In this document: in pieces, positions 19,602 to 29,788 of the stretch
Layout of the letters: each line of letters starts with the position of its first letter
Position numbering within the stretch: the stretch's first letter is position 1
Assembly (NCBI GenBank): GCA_965226795.1
Contig: CBDDDZ010000004.1
Span: 64,001-128,000, forward strand
Direction of reading: 5' to 3'
DNA from: Candidatus Latescibacterota bacterium
GTDB lineage: Bacteria; Latescibacterota; UBA2968; GCA-2709665
DNA length: 64,000 nucleotides
The notes under the pieces: generated by a model
Seen by the model: the letters and a program-made list of their open reading frames with translations, nothing else
Database searches by the model: none
Told to the model about the DNA's origin: nothing
Made by a program: the position numbers and the translations under genes

Positions 19602-21416
19602 TCAGGCCAACATTGCCAGTTCCGCTTCCTGGTGGCGAGCCAGGGATATCACGACCGCCGAACACCGGCGCCCCTCCACTTCAAGCGTCTTGAGGGACTG
19701 TTCACGGCCATCCAGAAGCACGCTTGTGACCTCCACGGGTCCCTCGGCGATCATCGTCAACCCTTCGATCGGCTCAACGGCCCTGAGCCTTGCAACCGTC
19801 CGTTCCCGGGTGGCACTCAGCAGTTCAACCTTTAACGCGTCTCGCGCCTGCACGAAGCGTGACCACTCCTGCAGGCTGCCGGTTTCGATGCCCATCGCCG
19901 CCAGCGATGCGTAAACAATATTGGCCGCCTCGAACGTGCGGCGCGGATCGCCCTTGGGACGGATCAGATAACACGGGTGGAACGTACCGATATGGGGCAC
20001 GTGCCATCGATCGCGGGACTCCACGACCCAACGGACAGCCGCCTCCGCGTACTCAACCTGGTTGAGCCCCAGCGTACCGACGCCAGGCTCGGTAATGCTC
20101 TGCGAATCGTCGAACGTGCAGGGCTGAAGAAACAGATCCAGCAGCCCCGCCTCCGGGTCGAAATAGCGCATGGGAAGGGCAGATGCCAGCGAGAACGGCC
20201 CGAAGTCGTACCGGTTCATCCGCGGATCGTGCCCGCAGAAATGAAACGGCATCCGCCAGCCGTGGTCCACCAGAATCGAAGCGGTCCGGGCGCCCGTCCA
20301 CTGGCAACCGTGGATCACGATGTCGGTTACCGCGAGCCCCGTTTCATCGGTAAACCGCCGCGCCTGCGCCTCCATCTCTTCGCGTATGCGTTCGTGCACC
20401 CCGTCGCCCAGTTCTTTCAGAAGGCGGTTGTACGTGAGCGGGAAGATATCCACCTCGATCGACATGAAGTGGCCCCGCTCCTGCCACTCCCGGATCCGCT
20501 TCCCGTCGTACCGGCTCACCGGCGCCCGGAAGAAATTGTGCCTGTGCCCGTACTGCTCCGCCAGTTCCATCCCCACCGGAGCGCCCTCCTCCCCACACCC
20601 GTCCGACTTGAAAAATACCGCCACCCGCCGCGCATCGGGCATGTGCCAGACACGAGGCACAATGCCGCCGTCGTGCAGGTCCAGCAACAACTCACGAAAC
20701 AGGTCCTGGTGAATATCGGCCAGCGGGTGCTGCCGCGAGTGCCGCTCGGCGATCCCGATCAGCCCGAAGATATGCCTCGGGCCTCGCAATGGCAGCATTT
20801 GCGCCTGCTGCTCCAGCGCCCATGTGCCGTGCCTCAGCCGCAGAACCGCACCCACGACGTCGTAGGCCAACACACACGCCCGGCCCAGTGCTACGCGCTT
20901 TCGGACAATGGCCGGGCCACTGCGCTTACCGAGGTCGTCGATCAGCGCGGCCAGTTCTTCGCCCCGGCAACTGATACCGCCCGCCGTGTCCTGCGGGCAG
21001 TACAACGGCTCCGGCGGTTCCGTAAGTCCGGCAGCCGCATGGACAACCACCCGTCCATCCGTTACGACCTCCGGCTCGTCCGCCGGGGGCGCCACGGCCG
21101 CCGCCTTGTTGGTGTCCACTTTCTGGGTCGACACCACATCCCGACGCTCCACCCCCAGCCTGGCCGCCAGGTCCCCGCCCGGCATCACCGCAAGCAACCG
21201 CCCGCCGTCACGCAGGTAGTCGATAAGGATTCCGGCCGCGCGCTTTCCAAACGCCCCCCGAAGCGTCAGCACCACGGCCGCATGCTTCAGGCGAGACAGC
21301 TCCACCTCGTTCTGTGAGAGGATCTCGAAATGAAACAGACCTTCAGCCTTAAGGATCTCCGGCGCGAAATCGTGCTCGAGGTTGTCATCCGGCTTGACGA
21401 CAAGGATCGATTTCAT
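19602..21416 (-). CDS. Hypothetical protein: GATase-like N-terminal region plus deacetylase-like domain
   Basis: YLRDGGRLL, LGRACVLAYD, FFKSDG, VIHGCQW and GTFHP motifs. Confidence 0.6.
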   Translation of the reverse strand: MKSILVVKPDDNLEHDFAPEILKAEGLFHFEILSQNEVELSRLKHAAVVLTLRGAFGKRAAGILIDYLRDGGRLLAVMPGGDLAARLGVERRDVVSTQKVDTNKAAAVAPPADEPEVVTDGRVVVHAAAGLTEPPEPLYCPQDTAGGISCRGEELAALIDDLGKRSGPAIVRKRVALGRACVLAYDVVGAVLRLRHGTWALEQQAQMLPLRGPRHIFGLIGIAERHSRQHPLADIHQDLFRELLLDLHDGGIVPRVWHMPDARRVAVFFKSDGCGEEGAPVGMELAEQYGHRHNFFRAPVSRYDGKRIREWQERGHFMSIEVDIFPLTYNRLLKELGDGVHERIREEMEAQARRFTDETGLAVTDIVIHGCQWTGARTASILVDHGWRMPFHFCGHDPRMNRYDFGPFSLASALPMRYFDPEAGLLDLFLQPCTFDDSQSITEPGVGTLGLNQVEYAEAAVRWVVESRDRWHVPHIGTFHPCYLIRPKGDPRRTFEAANIVYASLAAMGIETGSLQEWSRFVQARDALKVELLSATRERTVARLRAVEPIEGLTMIAEGPVEVTSVLLDGREQSLKTLEVEGRRCSAVVISLARHQEAELAMLA

Positions 21417-21537
21417 GTGCTCTTTCCGGTACGTGGAGGCGAAACGGATATCGGTTCAGGTCCCGGCAGATTGGAAGTGTCTTCGATTCTTCCCGATCCG
21501 ACTCGAACAAGACTTAGAAATACGACAAATAGCGTCC

Positions 21538-22533
21538 TCAAGCCAGCGCAACCTCCCGATTCTCCGCGGCGGACTGATAGATCGCGTCCAGAAGCGCATT
21601 GGTCTTCGCCGCCTCGGCAAGCGGGCAGACCGGCTCTCGGCCCTCACGTACCGCCCCAACGAAATCCTGGACGACCGGGCCGTGTACGTTGTCGGCTGGC
21701 GTCAGGTCCAGCGTATCGACCTGCCGGCCTACCGTTTTGACGACTTCGCCCGAATCGTAAGGATGCCAGTAAACCTTGGCCTCTGTCCCCACGATCTCAA
21801 ACTCGTGCCGCCATGTTTTTGAACTCCAGCTGAACGATGCCGTGGCCAACGCCCCGTTGTCCAGCTTCATTACAATGCTCGCGCAGTCCTCCACATCCCA
21901 CTTCTGCACCAGGTTCTCACACCTGGCGTACACGGAAACCGGCATCCCCAAAAGCCCGATCATCACGTCGAACATGTGTGTGCCCATATCGCTGACGGGG
22001 CCGCCTCCGGACCTCTCGCGGAAAACACGCCAGCGTTTCGGATCGTCCGCCGCGGGGCTGAACCAGGAAAAGTAGACGATACGCACGAGGACGACCTGGC
22101 CGAATTCGCCGTTCCGAATCATCTCCTGCGCCTGGCGGTAGGCGGGAAAAAGCCGCCGGAAATACGAACATCCGGCCACCTTCGTGCTTCTCCCGGCCGC
22201 TGCAATGGCTCGCGCACACTCCTCCCCTGTCACGCCCAGGGGCTTTTCCACCAGCACGTGCTTATCCGCCTCCAGGGCCTGGACCGCATGTTGCACGTGC
22301 AGCCACACGGGCGTCGCCACGTAGACCGCATTCGCCGACGTTTTCTCCAGCGCTTCGTCCAGATCGGCGAAAACCTCGGACAGGTGGTATTCAGTCGCCA
22401 GCGCCCGGGCATTCTCCTGGACCATATCGCAGACCGCCACCAATTCCGAATCCGTGGCGCCTGCCAGTGCCGCGGCCACCCGCTTTCGGGCGATATCCCC
22501 GGCGCCGACCAGGAGCCATTTCACGTTATCCAT
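21538..22533 (-). CDS. Gfo/Idh/MocA family oxidoreductase
   Basis: GAGDIA, HVLVEKP and DMGTHMFD motifs. Confidence 0.93.
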   Translation of the reverse strand: MDNVKWLLVGAGDIARKRVAAALAGATDSELVAVCDMVQENARALATEYHLSEVFADLDEALEKTSANAVYVATPVWLHVQHAVQALEADKHVLVEKPLGVTGEECARAIAAAGRSTKVAGCSYFRRLFPAYRQAQEMIRNGEFGQVVLVRIVYFSWFSPAADDPKRWRVFRERSGGGPVSDMGTHMFDVMIGLLGMPVSVYARCENLVQKWDVEDCASIVMKLDNGALATASFSWSSKTWRHEFEIVGTEAKVYWHPYDSGEVVKTVGRQVDTLDLTPADNVHGPVVQDFVGAVREGREPVCPLAEAAKTNALLDAIYQSAAENREVALA

Positions 22534-22617
22534 CTTCCCTCCTGAGCAACAAATCAGGGCGCCCCGGGAACGTTTACCGCCACGAGGGCAACCCTTGCAT
22601 TCTGTTTGAATTCCCCG

Positions 22618-23769
22618 TTAGCGCAGATCCGAAATCGTCTGCTTGATCGACCACGCAATATAAACCAGTTCCTCGTCGGTCGAGCCCGGGAACACCGGCG
22701 TACTCACGACCTGTTCACATGCCCTGGCCGCGATCGGACAACCTTCACCGTTGTACCCCAGTTCCTGAAGGGCTTCCCAGGACCACAGCGGCGGGTAGTG
22801 CTTTGCCGTGGCCACCCGGTATCGATCCTTCAGGTGAGCGACGAACGCCTCCGTGGCGAACCCCGCCGCATCGGTGTCCAGCCGAATCACGTGCAGGTGG
22901 CTTCCGTGATCGGGGCCGTGACCGGCGGGAAGGATGACCTCCTCCACGTCGGCCAACAACGCATTGAGACGGAGCATCCGTTTCCGTCGATCCTGAATCA
23001 CACGGTCTATTTTGGCCAACTGGGTAAGTCCGACCGCATATTGGGGTTTGGTCATCCGGTAATTGAACCCAACCCGCACCACCCGTGTCCCGCTTCCTCC
23101 ATATACGTATCCGAATGTCTTCAGCTGCCGGACCTGCTCCGCGAATTCCTCGTCATCCGTTGTCACGGCGCCCCCCTCGCCGAGGCACGTCATGTTCTTG
23201 TTGCTCTGAAAACTGTAACACGAGGCCTTTCCCCGGCCGCCAACCGGGCTACCCTGGTACCTGGTGCCCACTGCATGCGCCGCATCGTAAATCACGGGAA
23301 CGCCCGTTTCCACCGAAATCAGGTCAAATGCGTCCACGTCGCAGGCGAGTCCGGCGAAGTGCACCGGAATGATCGCGCGTGTGCGCTCCGTGATTTTTTC
23401 TCTTGCCTTCTGAGGATCCAGATTCAGACTCACCGGATCGATATCGGCAAGGACGACCCTGGCACCCCTGGCAATCGCGGTCCCGGCCGTGCAGACAAAG
23501 GTGAGAGGTGTCGTGATCACCTCGTCTCCCTCACCGATGCCCAGCGCCATCATGCAGCAGTCCAGGCCAGTACCGCAGGAATTGACCGCAATCGCTTTTC
23601 GGGCGCCCTCGTGCGCGGCGAACGCATTCTGAAAATCGTTCTCTTCGGGAAGCGGAAAAAACGTCCCGTCCTCCTCGGCGATATCCACGAGCAACCGGCT
23701 GACCGCCTCCACGTCGTCCTGCTCGTAAACCCCTCCCATCGACCCGAAGGGCACCTCTCGAATATCCAT
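22618..23769 (-). CDS. DegT/DnrJ/EryC1/StrS PLP-dependent aminotransferase
   Basis: AVNSCGTG, YDAAHA, SFQSNKNMTCLGEGG and GFNYRM motifs. Confidence 0.93.
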   Translation of the reverse strand: MDIREVPFGSMGGVYEQDDVEAVSRLLVDIAEEDGTFFPLPEENDFQNAFAAHEGARKAIAVNSCGTGLDCCMMALGIGEGDEVITTPLTFVCTAGTAIARGARVVLADIDPVSLNLDPQKAREKITERTRAIIPVHFAGLACDVDAFDLISVETGVPVIYDAAHAVGTRYQGSPVGGRGKASCYSFQSNKNMTCLGEGGAVTTDDEEFAEQVRQLKTFGYVYGGSGTRVVRVGFNYRMTKPQYAVGLTQLAKIDRVIQDRRKRMLRLNALLADVEEVILPAGHGPDHGSHLHVIRLDTDAAGFATEAFVAHLKDRYRVATAKHYPPLWSWEALQELGYNGEGCPIAARACEQVVSTPVFPGSTDEELVYIAWSIKQTISDLR

Positions 23770-23965
23770 AGATTCGGGCGCAGGAACCCCCTGAAAGCGG
23801 AAGAATAATGCGCCCTGCCTCCTTTCTGAATCGTCAAAATCGCACAGATTTCCCCGTGCTTCAGCGGCGACAATCCGCGTTCTTCAAGTTAATACCCGGT
23901 CACCTCGTGTCAAGCGCAAAGACGCCTGACGACCGCTTCGGAGAGGGGCCGGTCGACCCGGACGA

Positions 23966-25945
23966 TCAATACCACTTGTGGACGACATGCCCCCGATTCG
24001 GAAACCAGATCGCGTCCACCAGCATCCCCGCCATCACGGCGATGATGTACCCGACCAGCATGCCCAGGAAAAAGGGCATCGACCGCCGGTAGAACGCCAC
24101 CCCTCCCGCCCTGAGCATGATCAGCTTCGCCAGCCACGCCACCAGGAGCGTAGACCCCATGCGCCGTGCCGCCGGGAGGCCGGACAGCGCAAACCCGATC
24201 GGGTGAACCGGCCACCTGGCGAACCGGTAGCGCATCAGATTCACTATCACCATCGTTCCGGCGCCGATCAGCAGAAACCAGTAGTCAATCGCCTCCATCC
24301 TCGCCGGGTTCAGTATCTCGTTTACCGTCATCCCGTACTGCCATTCGCCTTCGTAGATGATCAGCCAGTTGGGTTGAAAATTGTACGCGCCCATATGGTA
24401 TCCCAGCCAGATCGTGTACAACGTGGAACTGACCACTCCCACGACAAATGCCGCGAACACTCCCCAGAAGAGTCGGCGCTTGTCCCTTCCGACGAAATCG
24501 CCCAGGCGATTGATCTGCGCGACCAGCGGCATGATAAAGCTCCTCGGGTGGCTGATTGTGAATGACAGCAGGCCGAAGGTTGCGCGCGTGGAGGCATTCA
24601 GAGTCTTTGCGCCACCCACCAGCGCACCCGAAAGTTCCCAGGCGGAAGCGGGCGGCTGGATATAGATGATTCCCGAATCGGCCACAACCTTGGCCACGAA
24701 GAGATAGGCAATGAACATAGTGGGAATCAGCAGCGCGACCATCCGGGCCTCCACCCCAACCCGCCCGAGAAATGCCGCGATGTATACGCAACTGGCCAGC
24801 AGGCCGATCAGCGCGGCGCGGTAGGAGAGCAACTCCCGCCCGTCGTCCACGGAGGACCGGTCGGGGTGAAGCGCCTTTTGCAGGACCTGTTGAAGGTGCC
24901 GCCGGGAGATCCAGAGCCACCAGAGGACAAGAGATACAAAGGCTCCGGCCGTCTGCCACTTGTAGGTCGTTGTGGTATAGGGGCCGGCGCCGTAGTGGGG
25001 GGACGTGGCGGAGATCCCGATGCGATTCAACGCGCCCGCTTCGATCATGTACACGAAATCGAAGAACCAGATGCTGAAGAGCACATCGAGGCTGGCGAAA
25101 TAGGAAAAGCAGATGACGGGCGTGCTCAGAAAGATGAAAAAGGGCGGATATTCTTTGGGAAGGAGATCCCAGATAAAGCGTCCGGTTGCCGTGGGAAAGC
25201 TGGGGACCATCGGGTAGAACCAGGCGATCATATTCCACCAGAAGACGATTGACGTCAGCGCGAATCCCGCCCAGAACACCTTGCCCTTCATAAACTCCGG
25301 CAGCCACCTCCTCCCGGTCCCCGCCCGCGATGTCATTTCCAGTACCGGAGCCAGCGCCGGATACACCAGTCTTTCATGGTCCGCCCACTGGCGGTGCAGG
25401 AGAACCGAAAGACAGATACAGGCGAAACCCAGAACAAAAACAAAAGAGAGCCACCAGATCAGCGGCAGGCCCCAGACATCCCATGGGACGGATGTCCGAC
25501 CCGGCAGCCCCTCATAGAACCAGGACATCGCCCTGTTATCGTTCGTGGGGATCAGCCACCCTGGCAGGTGCGGATGGAGATATTCCGCCCAGCGATTCTC
25601 CGGCGTCGCGAAATAATACGGGGAAGCCATCATACCCACCAGGTACCCGCTGACCCCGTAATTGGGCCCGATGGCGCTGATGACCCCCATGCTGAAAACC
25701 GTGATCCATTCCGATGGCGCCAATACGAAGGCAGCCCCGAACCTCCTGGCAAGGACGGCGCAAGCCAGAATCGAAACCAGGCAAAGCAGCAGCACGCCCA
25801 TGGGAATCTGGGCGACCATCATGTACGACCCTTTCTGAATATAGCGGGCCGTACACGCCAGCAGGCTCATGGCCATCGCGATACACAATCCGATCACGAT
25901 CGACCGAAGCGTCACCCGCCCTTCCGGCTGTGTCCCGTCGTTCAC
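23966..25945 (-). CDS. Polytopic membrane protein, DUF6785/DUF6784-like putative transporter (copy 1)
   Basis: Many TM segments; PYYFATPENRW, QWADHERLVYP and WPVHPIGF motifs. Confidence 0.75.
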   Translation of the reverse strand: MNDGTQPEGRVTLRSIVIGLCIAMAMSLLACTARYIQKGSYMMVAQIPMGVLLLCLVSILACAVLARRFGAAFVLAPSEWITVFSMGVISAIGPNYGVSGYLVGMMASPYYFATPENRWAEYLHPHLPGWLIPTNDNRAMSWFYEGLPGRTSVPWDVWGLPLIWWLSFVFVLGFACICLSVLLHRQWADHERLVYPALAPVLEMTSRAGTGRRWLPEFMKGKVFWAGFALTSIVFWWNMIAWFYPMVPSFPTATGRFIWDLLPKEYPPFFIFLSTPVICFSYFASLDVLFSIWFFDFVYMIEAGALNRIGISATSPHYGAGPYTTTTYKWQTAGAFVSLVLWWLWISRRHLQQVLQKALHPDRSSVDDGRELLSYRAALIGLLASCVYIAAFLGRVGVEARMVALLIPTMFIAYLFVAKVVADSGIIYIQPPASAWELSGALVGGAKTLNASTRATFGLLSFTISHPRSFIMPLVAQINRLGDFVGRDKRRLFWGVFAAFVVGVVSSTLYTIWLGYHMGAYNFQPNWLIIYEGEWQYGMTVNEILNPARMEAIDYWFLLIGAGTMVIVNLMRYRFARWPVHPIGFALSGLPAARRMGSTLLVAWLAKLIMLRAGGVAFYRRSMPFFLGMLVGYIIAVMAGMLVDAIWFPNRGHVVHKWY

Positions 25946-25990
25946 GATTCGCCGACTCTTTAACGTCCTTCGCGGGATGCCCGGGTCCTG

Positions 25991-27329
25991 TCAGTCACCG
26001 GACACGGGCGCGAACGGATTGATCCACACAACGGCCCTGGTCCCCCAGTCGGTGGACATCACATCATCGTAACCGTCACCGTCGAGGTCCGCCATCCGGA
26101 CGATATTCGGCCAGTTGAGGCCCGCGCCGTCACCGAGGCGGGTGGCCTCCCACAGGGTTCCGTCTCCCCTGACGTTCCGGAACACGTAGACCCCCTCCCC
26201 GCCATCGGAAGGCACCACGATATCCAGCCGCCCGTCCCGGTCCACGTCGCCTGTGTCGAAGGAATAGGCGTGACCCAGGCCGCCCGCGATCTCATGAAAT
26301 TTCCATCCCTTCCGCGGCCCGATCTGCTCTCGCCAGGCCAAATATCCGTTTCTGAGGCTGGTCTCAACGCAATCGAGGTCGCCATCCGCGTCCAGGTCCG
26401 CGAATCGCACGTGGACCTGGGAAACAGGTTTGTCGGAAAAGCGGGCGACCCATTTACGCACCGAATCGGGTGATTCCACGCGGATCGAATCACGCTTCCA
26501 TTCAATCCCGTTTCCATCGGCATTGATCAGCAGGAACGGCCTGGACGCATGCTCGGAGGCGCAGACAAGGTCCATGTCTCCGTCCTTGTCCACGTCCCCA
26601 GCGTCCACGCCGATCAAGGGGGGGCATATCGACGCGAATCGGCACTTCCTCCCAGGAGGCCGATCCGTGGGCATTTTGACGAAACCACCCCACTTTGTCG
26701 CCTGATTCCGATATCGAGGTGACCACGATATCGTCGAGATCGTCTCCGTCGATGTCCGCAACCACGGCCCTTACCGGAAGCTCCAGCGCTTTGGACCGGA
26801 GGCTGAGCTTTCTCCAATTGCCGCCGTCCGAAGTCTCGTATATGACCGTCTCGCCCGACAGATAGCCGGGGATCACAACGGCCGTTCTGCCACTGGCGGT
26901 GCGACGTACCACAACGGCGTCCTTCGGCGTGACCTGCCGGTCGTCCAGCAGGTGGATACGAAATACCAATTCTGCGTCCGGCCGCGGGGTTACATTCTCC
27001 AGCCAGTAGACCCTGCCGTATTCACCATCCTCGCCCGGGATCTTTTCCCCGCCCGACTGAAAGGCGACCACGAGGTCCAGGTCGGCATCCCCGTCGAAGT
27101 CGGCCGCGTGGATGCCGTAGGAATTGGTCCCGGAAAGCGTTCCGCTTTCGGCTTCCCGGAGGTCGATAACCCGCCAACTCGCGGCCGCATCGGCACCCAC
27201 TCCCCGGATGTTGGGACTGAATGCCAATATTTCCGGAGGTACCTGGGCTGCGGCGGGATTGGCGAAAGCGCAAGCAACCGCCCCGACCAATCCCACGCAA
27301 AAGGCCCGTAAGTCGAAGTACGACATCAT
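25991..27329 (-). pseudogene. Secreted FG-GAP/VCBS repeat protein, frameshifted in a G7 run (26618-26624)
   Basis: Signal peptide ...NPAAA; ADFDGDADLD, ADIDGDDLDD, GDVDKDGDMD, ADLDADGDLD, GDVDRDGRLD repeats split over two frames. Confidence 0.8.
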
Positions 27330-28546
27330 CGCTTCCCGGGCATCTTTGTCTTGTGGATGCGCCCGCCGATGCCGCCCAGATCCGCCGGCATCTGTCCGGA
27401 AGGCCGATCCGCGCCGGGCCGGAAGTCCGGAACCCTCACGACCCTGCTGCATTCCTCGATCGAATCCACGGCCAGCACCGCCGGGGCCATCGAATCCATG
27501 ACCCTGTACACGTCGTACGCCAGTGCCTCGCCCTTCAGGATCGCGTCGCGAAAATACATATGTACATAGTAGTCGGCATCGCCGTGCCCGCTCCCCAGCG
27601 CCTCCGGGGGCGCGTCGGTCCGACGGTACTGCCAGTCGACTTCCATCCAATCGTTCATCTGTGTGTCCGCCAGCCACAATTTCGGCTTCTCTTTTCCGGA
27701 GCGACGCCATTCAACACTTCCCTTCGTCCCGATCATCTGCCACCAGTGGTGGTCTCCGCTCGGCCTGGGCTGGTTGAACCCGTTCAGCATCCGGATCAGC
27801 GTATCTTTCTCCGTCTTCATCAGCGCCACCTGGATATCGGCGTTCAGCATTTCCGGCGTCGTATAGCTCGGTGGCGTGGTGCTCATTGCCGTCACCTCGA
27901 TCACGCGGTCGTCGAGGATCTTCAACAGGATACTCAGGTCGTACGAAGCCGAGATAATGTAGGGCAGATAATGCGGGCTTGCGGGTTCGGCCTTCGGGTG
28001 GTCGGAAAGCGCCTCAACCGGATACTGCTTGCCCGTGTTGAAATCCTGAAACCACTGATGGGTGCCGTAGTAACCCAGATACTGACCCTCGGCGTAGGTG
28101 ATCCTTCCCAGCATCCCGTCGTCGACCAGTGTCTTCCAACCGTCCACGAACCCCCAGAACCGCGTCTGCTCCGCCAGGCTGTAGACCAGCCCTGTACGCT
28201 CCACGTTCGTTACGATACGCCAGCACTCCTCCATCGTATAGGCCGCCGGCACCTCGCTGTTGACGTGCTTACCCGCCTCCAGCGCCTCGGCGGCCATGGT
28301 TCCCTGCTCCAGTTGCCTCACCACCAGCCCCACCGCGTCCATGCCCTCGTACGCCAGAAAATCGTAATAGTTACCGAATACCCTGACGTCTTCCCGATAG
28401 GCGATCTCGGCCAGGGCCCGCTCCTGCAGCGGCTCGATCCAGTCGTAGATCGCCGTAATCCGGTAGCCCGGTACTTTCTGCAGCAGCCGGATCCAGTGCA
28501 GCCCGCGGAGGCCCAGTCCGGCAACTCCGATTCTGATCTCATCCAT
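27326..28546 (-). CDS. Gfo/Idh/MocA family oxidoreductase (paralog A)
   Basis: GLGLRG, KHVNSEVP and SGHGDAD motifs; GGAGG RBS. Confidence 0.9.
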   Translation of the reverse strand: MDEIRIGVAGLGLRGLHWIRLLQKVPGYRITAIYDWIEPLQERALAEIAYREDVRVFGNYYDFLAYEGMDAVGLVVRQLEQGTMAAEALEAGKHVNSEVPAAYTMEECWRIVTNVERTGLVYSLAEQTRFWGFVDGWKTLVDDGMLGRITYAEGQYLGYYGTHQWFQDFNTGKQYPVEALSDHPKAEPASPHYLPYIISASYDLSILLKILDDRVIEVTAMSTTPPSYTTPEMLNADIQVALMKTEKDTLIRMLNGFNQPRPSGDHHWWQMIGTKGSVEWRRSGKEKPKLWLADTQMNDWMEVDWQYRRTDAPPEALGSGHGDADYYVHMYFRDAILKGEALAYDVYRVMDSMAPAVLAVDSIEECSRVVRVPDFRPGADRPSGQMPADLGGIGGRIHKTKMPGKR

Positions 28547-28713
28547 GGATTCCTCCATTGGTTTTGAGGTTACCGCCCGTTCAAGTGTGCAAATTTCGAA
28601 AGACTACAGACACGCTCCGCTTCCATCGTCAGATATCGCGGGAGCAAGATGAATTCGTCTCCGGCCTCCGTCCAGTTGGCCCTCTGGCCGCAATGACCAT
28701 CGCCGCTTTCTCG

Positions 28714-29664
28714 TCAAACCGGAAAGCGCTCGCAGCCCAGCGCTTGCGCCATTGCCCTGATGTGCGACGGGCCCGCGCCGCAGCAGGCGCCGATGAAGTT
28801 GATTCCCTCTGCCTTCGCCTTCAGGGCATATTCCGCCATCTCGCTGCCCGACACGATCATAGACTCACGGATCACCGAATTGTTGGGGCCGGCATGGCGA
28901 TAACCCTGTGGCTGATACGCGATGGGGATATCCACGGCCTCCCGCATCGCCAGAACGCCCGGCCACATGGTCATTGAATCGCCAGCGCAAACCAGGCCGA
29001 CGATATCCGCGCCCTCGTCCGCCAGGACCTTCGCACACTCGGCTGGCGTGGCGCCGTCCTGCGTGCGGCTGCTCGAACCCATCAGCACCATTGCGGGAAC
29101 GTCCGTTTTCTTGCAGCGCGACAGGCACAGCCGGGCTTCGTCCAGCCGCGCGAACGTTTCCGGCACCAGAAGCCCGGCGCCCGCGTCCACCATCCAGGAA
29201 ATGTGCTCGTCCCACTCCGCGCATGCCCGCTCGCGCGCCCGTGCGTTGTCGGGCCTGAAAATGTATGGCCCGGTCCACGAGCCCGCAGCCGTCTGGTTCA
29301 GGCACCCGGCGACCAGGGCTTCGCCGCCGGAAGCCTCCAGGGCCAGCCGGATTGCCGTGCGGGAAATCTCCTCCAATCGGACCTCCTGTCCTGCCTGCGC
29401 CGAGACCTGCTCGGCAGGCAGGCCGCTGGGCCGTTCGCCCGGTTTATAACGGCGTACGAGTTGCGACCGGCTGGTCCACCAGGTCTGTGCCTGAAGTACA
29501 TGGGATCCGGCCCTGAAGAAATCCTGATGGATCTGACGCAACGCGTCCGGATCTTCCAGAATCATACCGGGCGTTTCGTACCCCCGCCACCTCGCCTCGA
29601 TAATCATCCCCCCGTCGCTGAGAACAACGCCCTCCTCCAGCATCTTCAATATGTCCCTGCCCAT
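28714..29664 (-). CDS. Homocysteine S-methyltransferase family, BHMT-like (paralog 1)
   Basis: LSDGGM, HQDFFRAGS, VGLVC and IGACCG Zn ligands. Confidence 0.88.
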   Translation of the reverse strand: MGRDILKMLEEGVVLSDGGMIIEARWRGYETPGMILEDPDALRQIHQDFFRAGSHVLQAQTWWTSRSQLVRRYKPGERPSGLPAEQVSAQAGQEVRLEEISRTAIRLALEASGGEALVAGCLNQTAAGSWTGPYIFRPDNARARERACAEWDEHISWMVDAGAGLLVPETFARLDEARLCLSRCKKTDVPAMVLMGSSSRTQDGATPAECAKVLADEGADIVGLVCAGDSMTMWPGVLAMREAVDIPIAYQPQGYRHAGPNNSVIRESMIVSGSEMAEYALKAKAEGINFIGACCGAGPSHIRAMAQALGCERFPV

Positions 29665-29788
29665 CCTGATCCTCCTGTGCAAGAATCACCCGCGAGTTCC
29701 GATCTATCGCCCGGCGCCAACCTTCCTTTCCCGTCTTCTTCCTCCTGCTGCCCTTAACGCGGCACGCGCCGACATTCCTCGTTATTCG

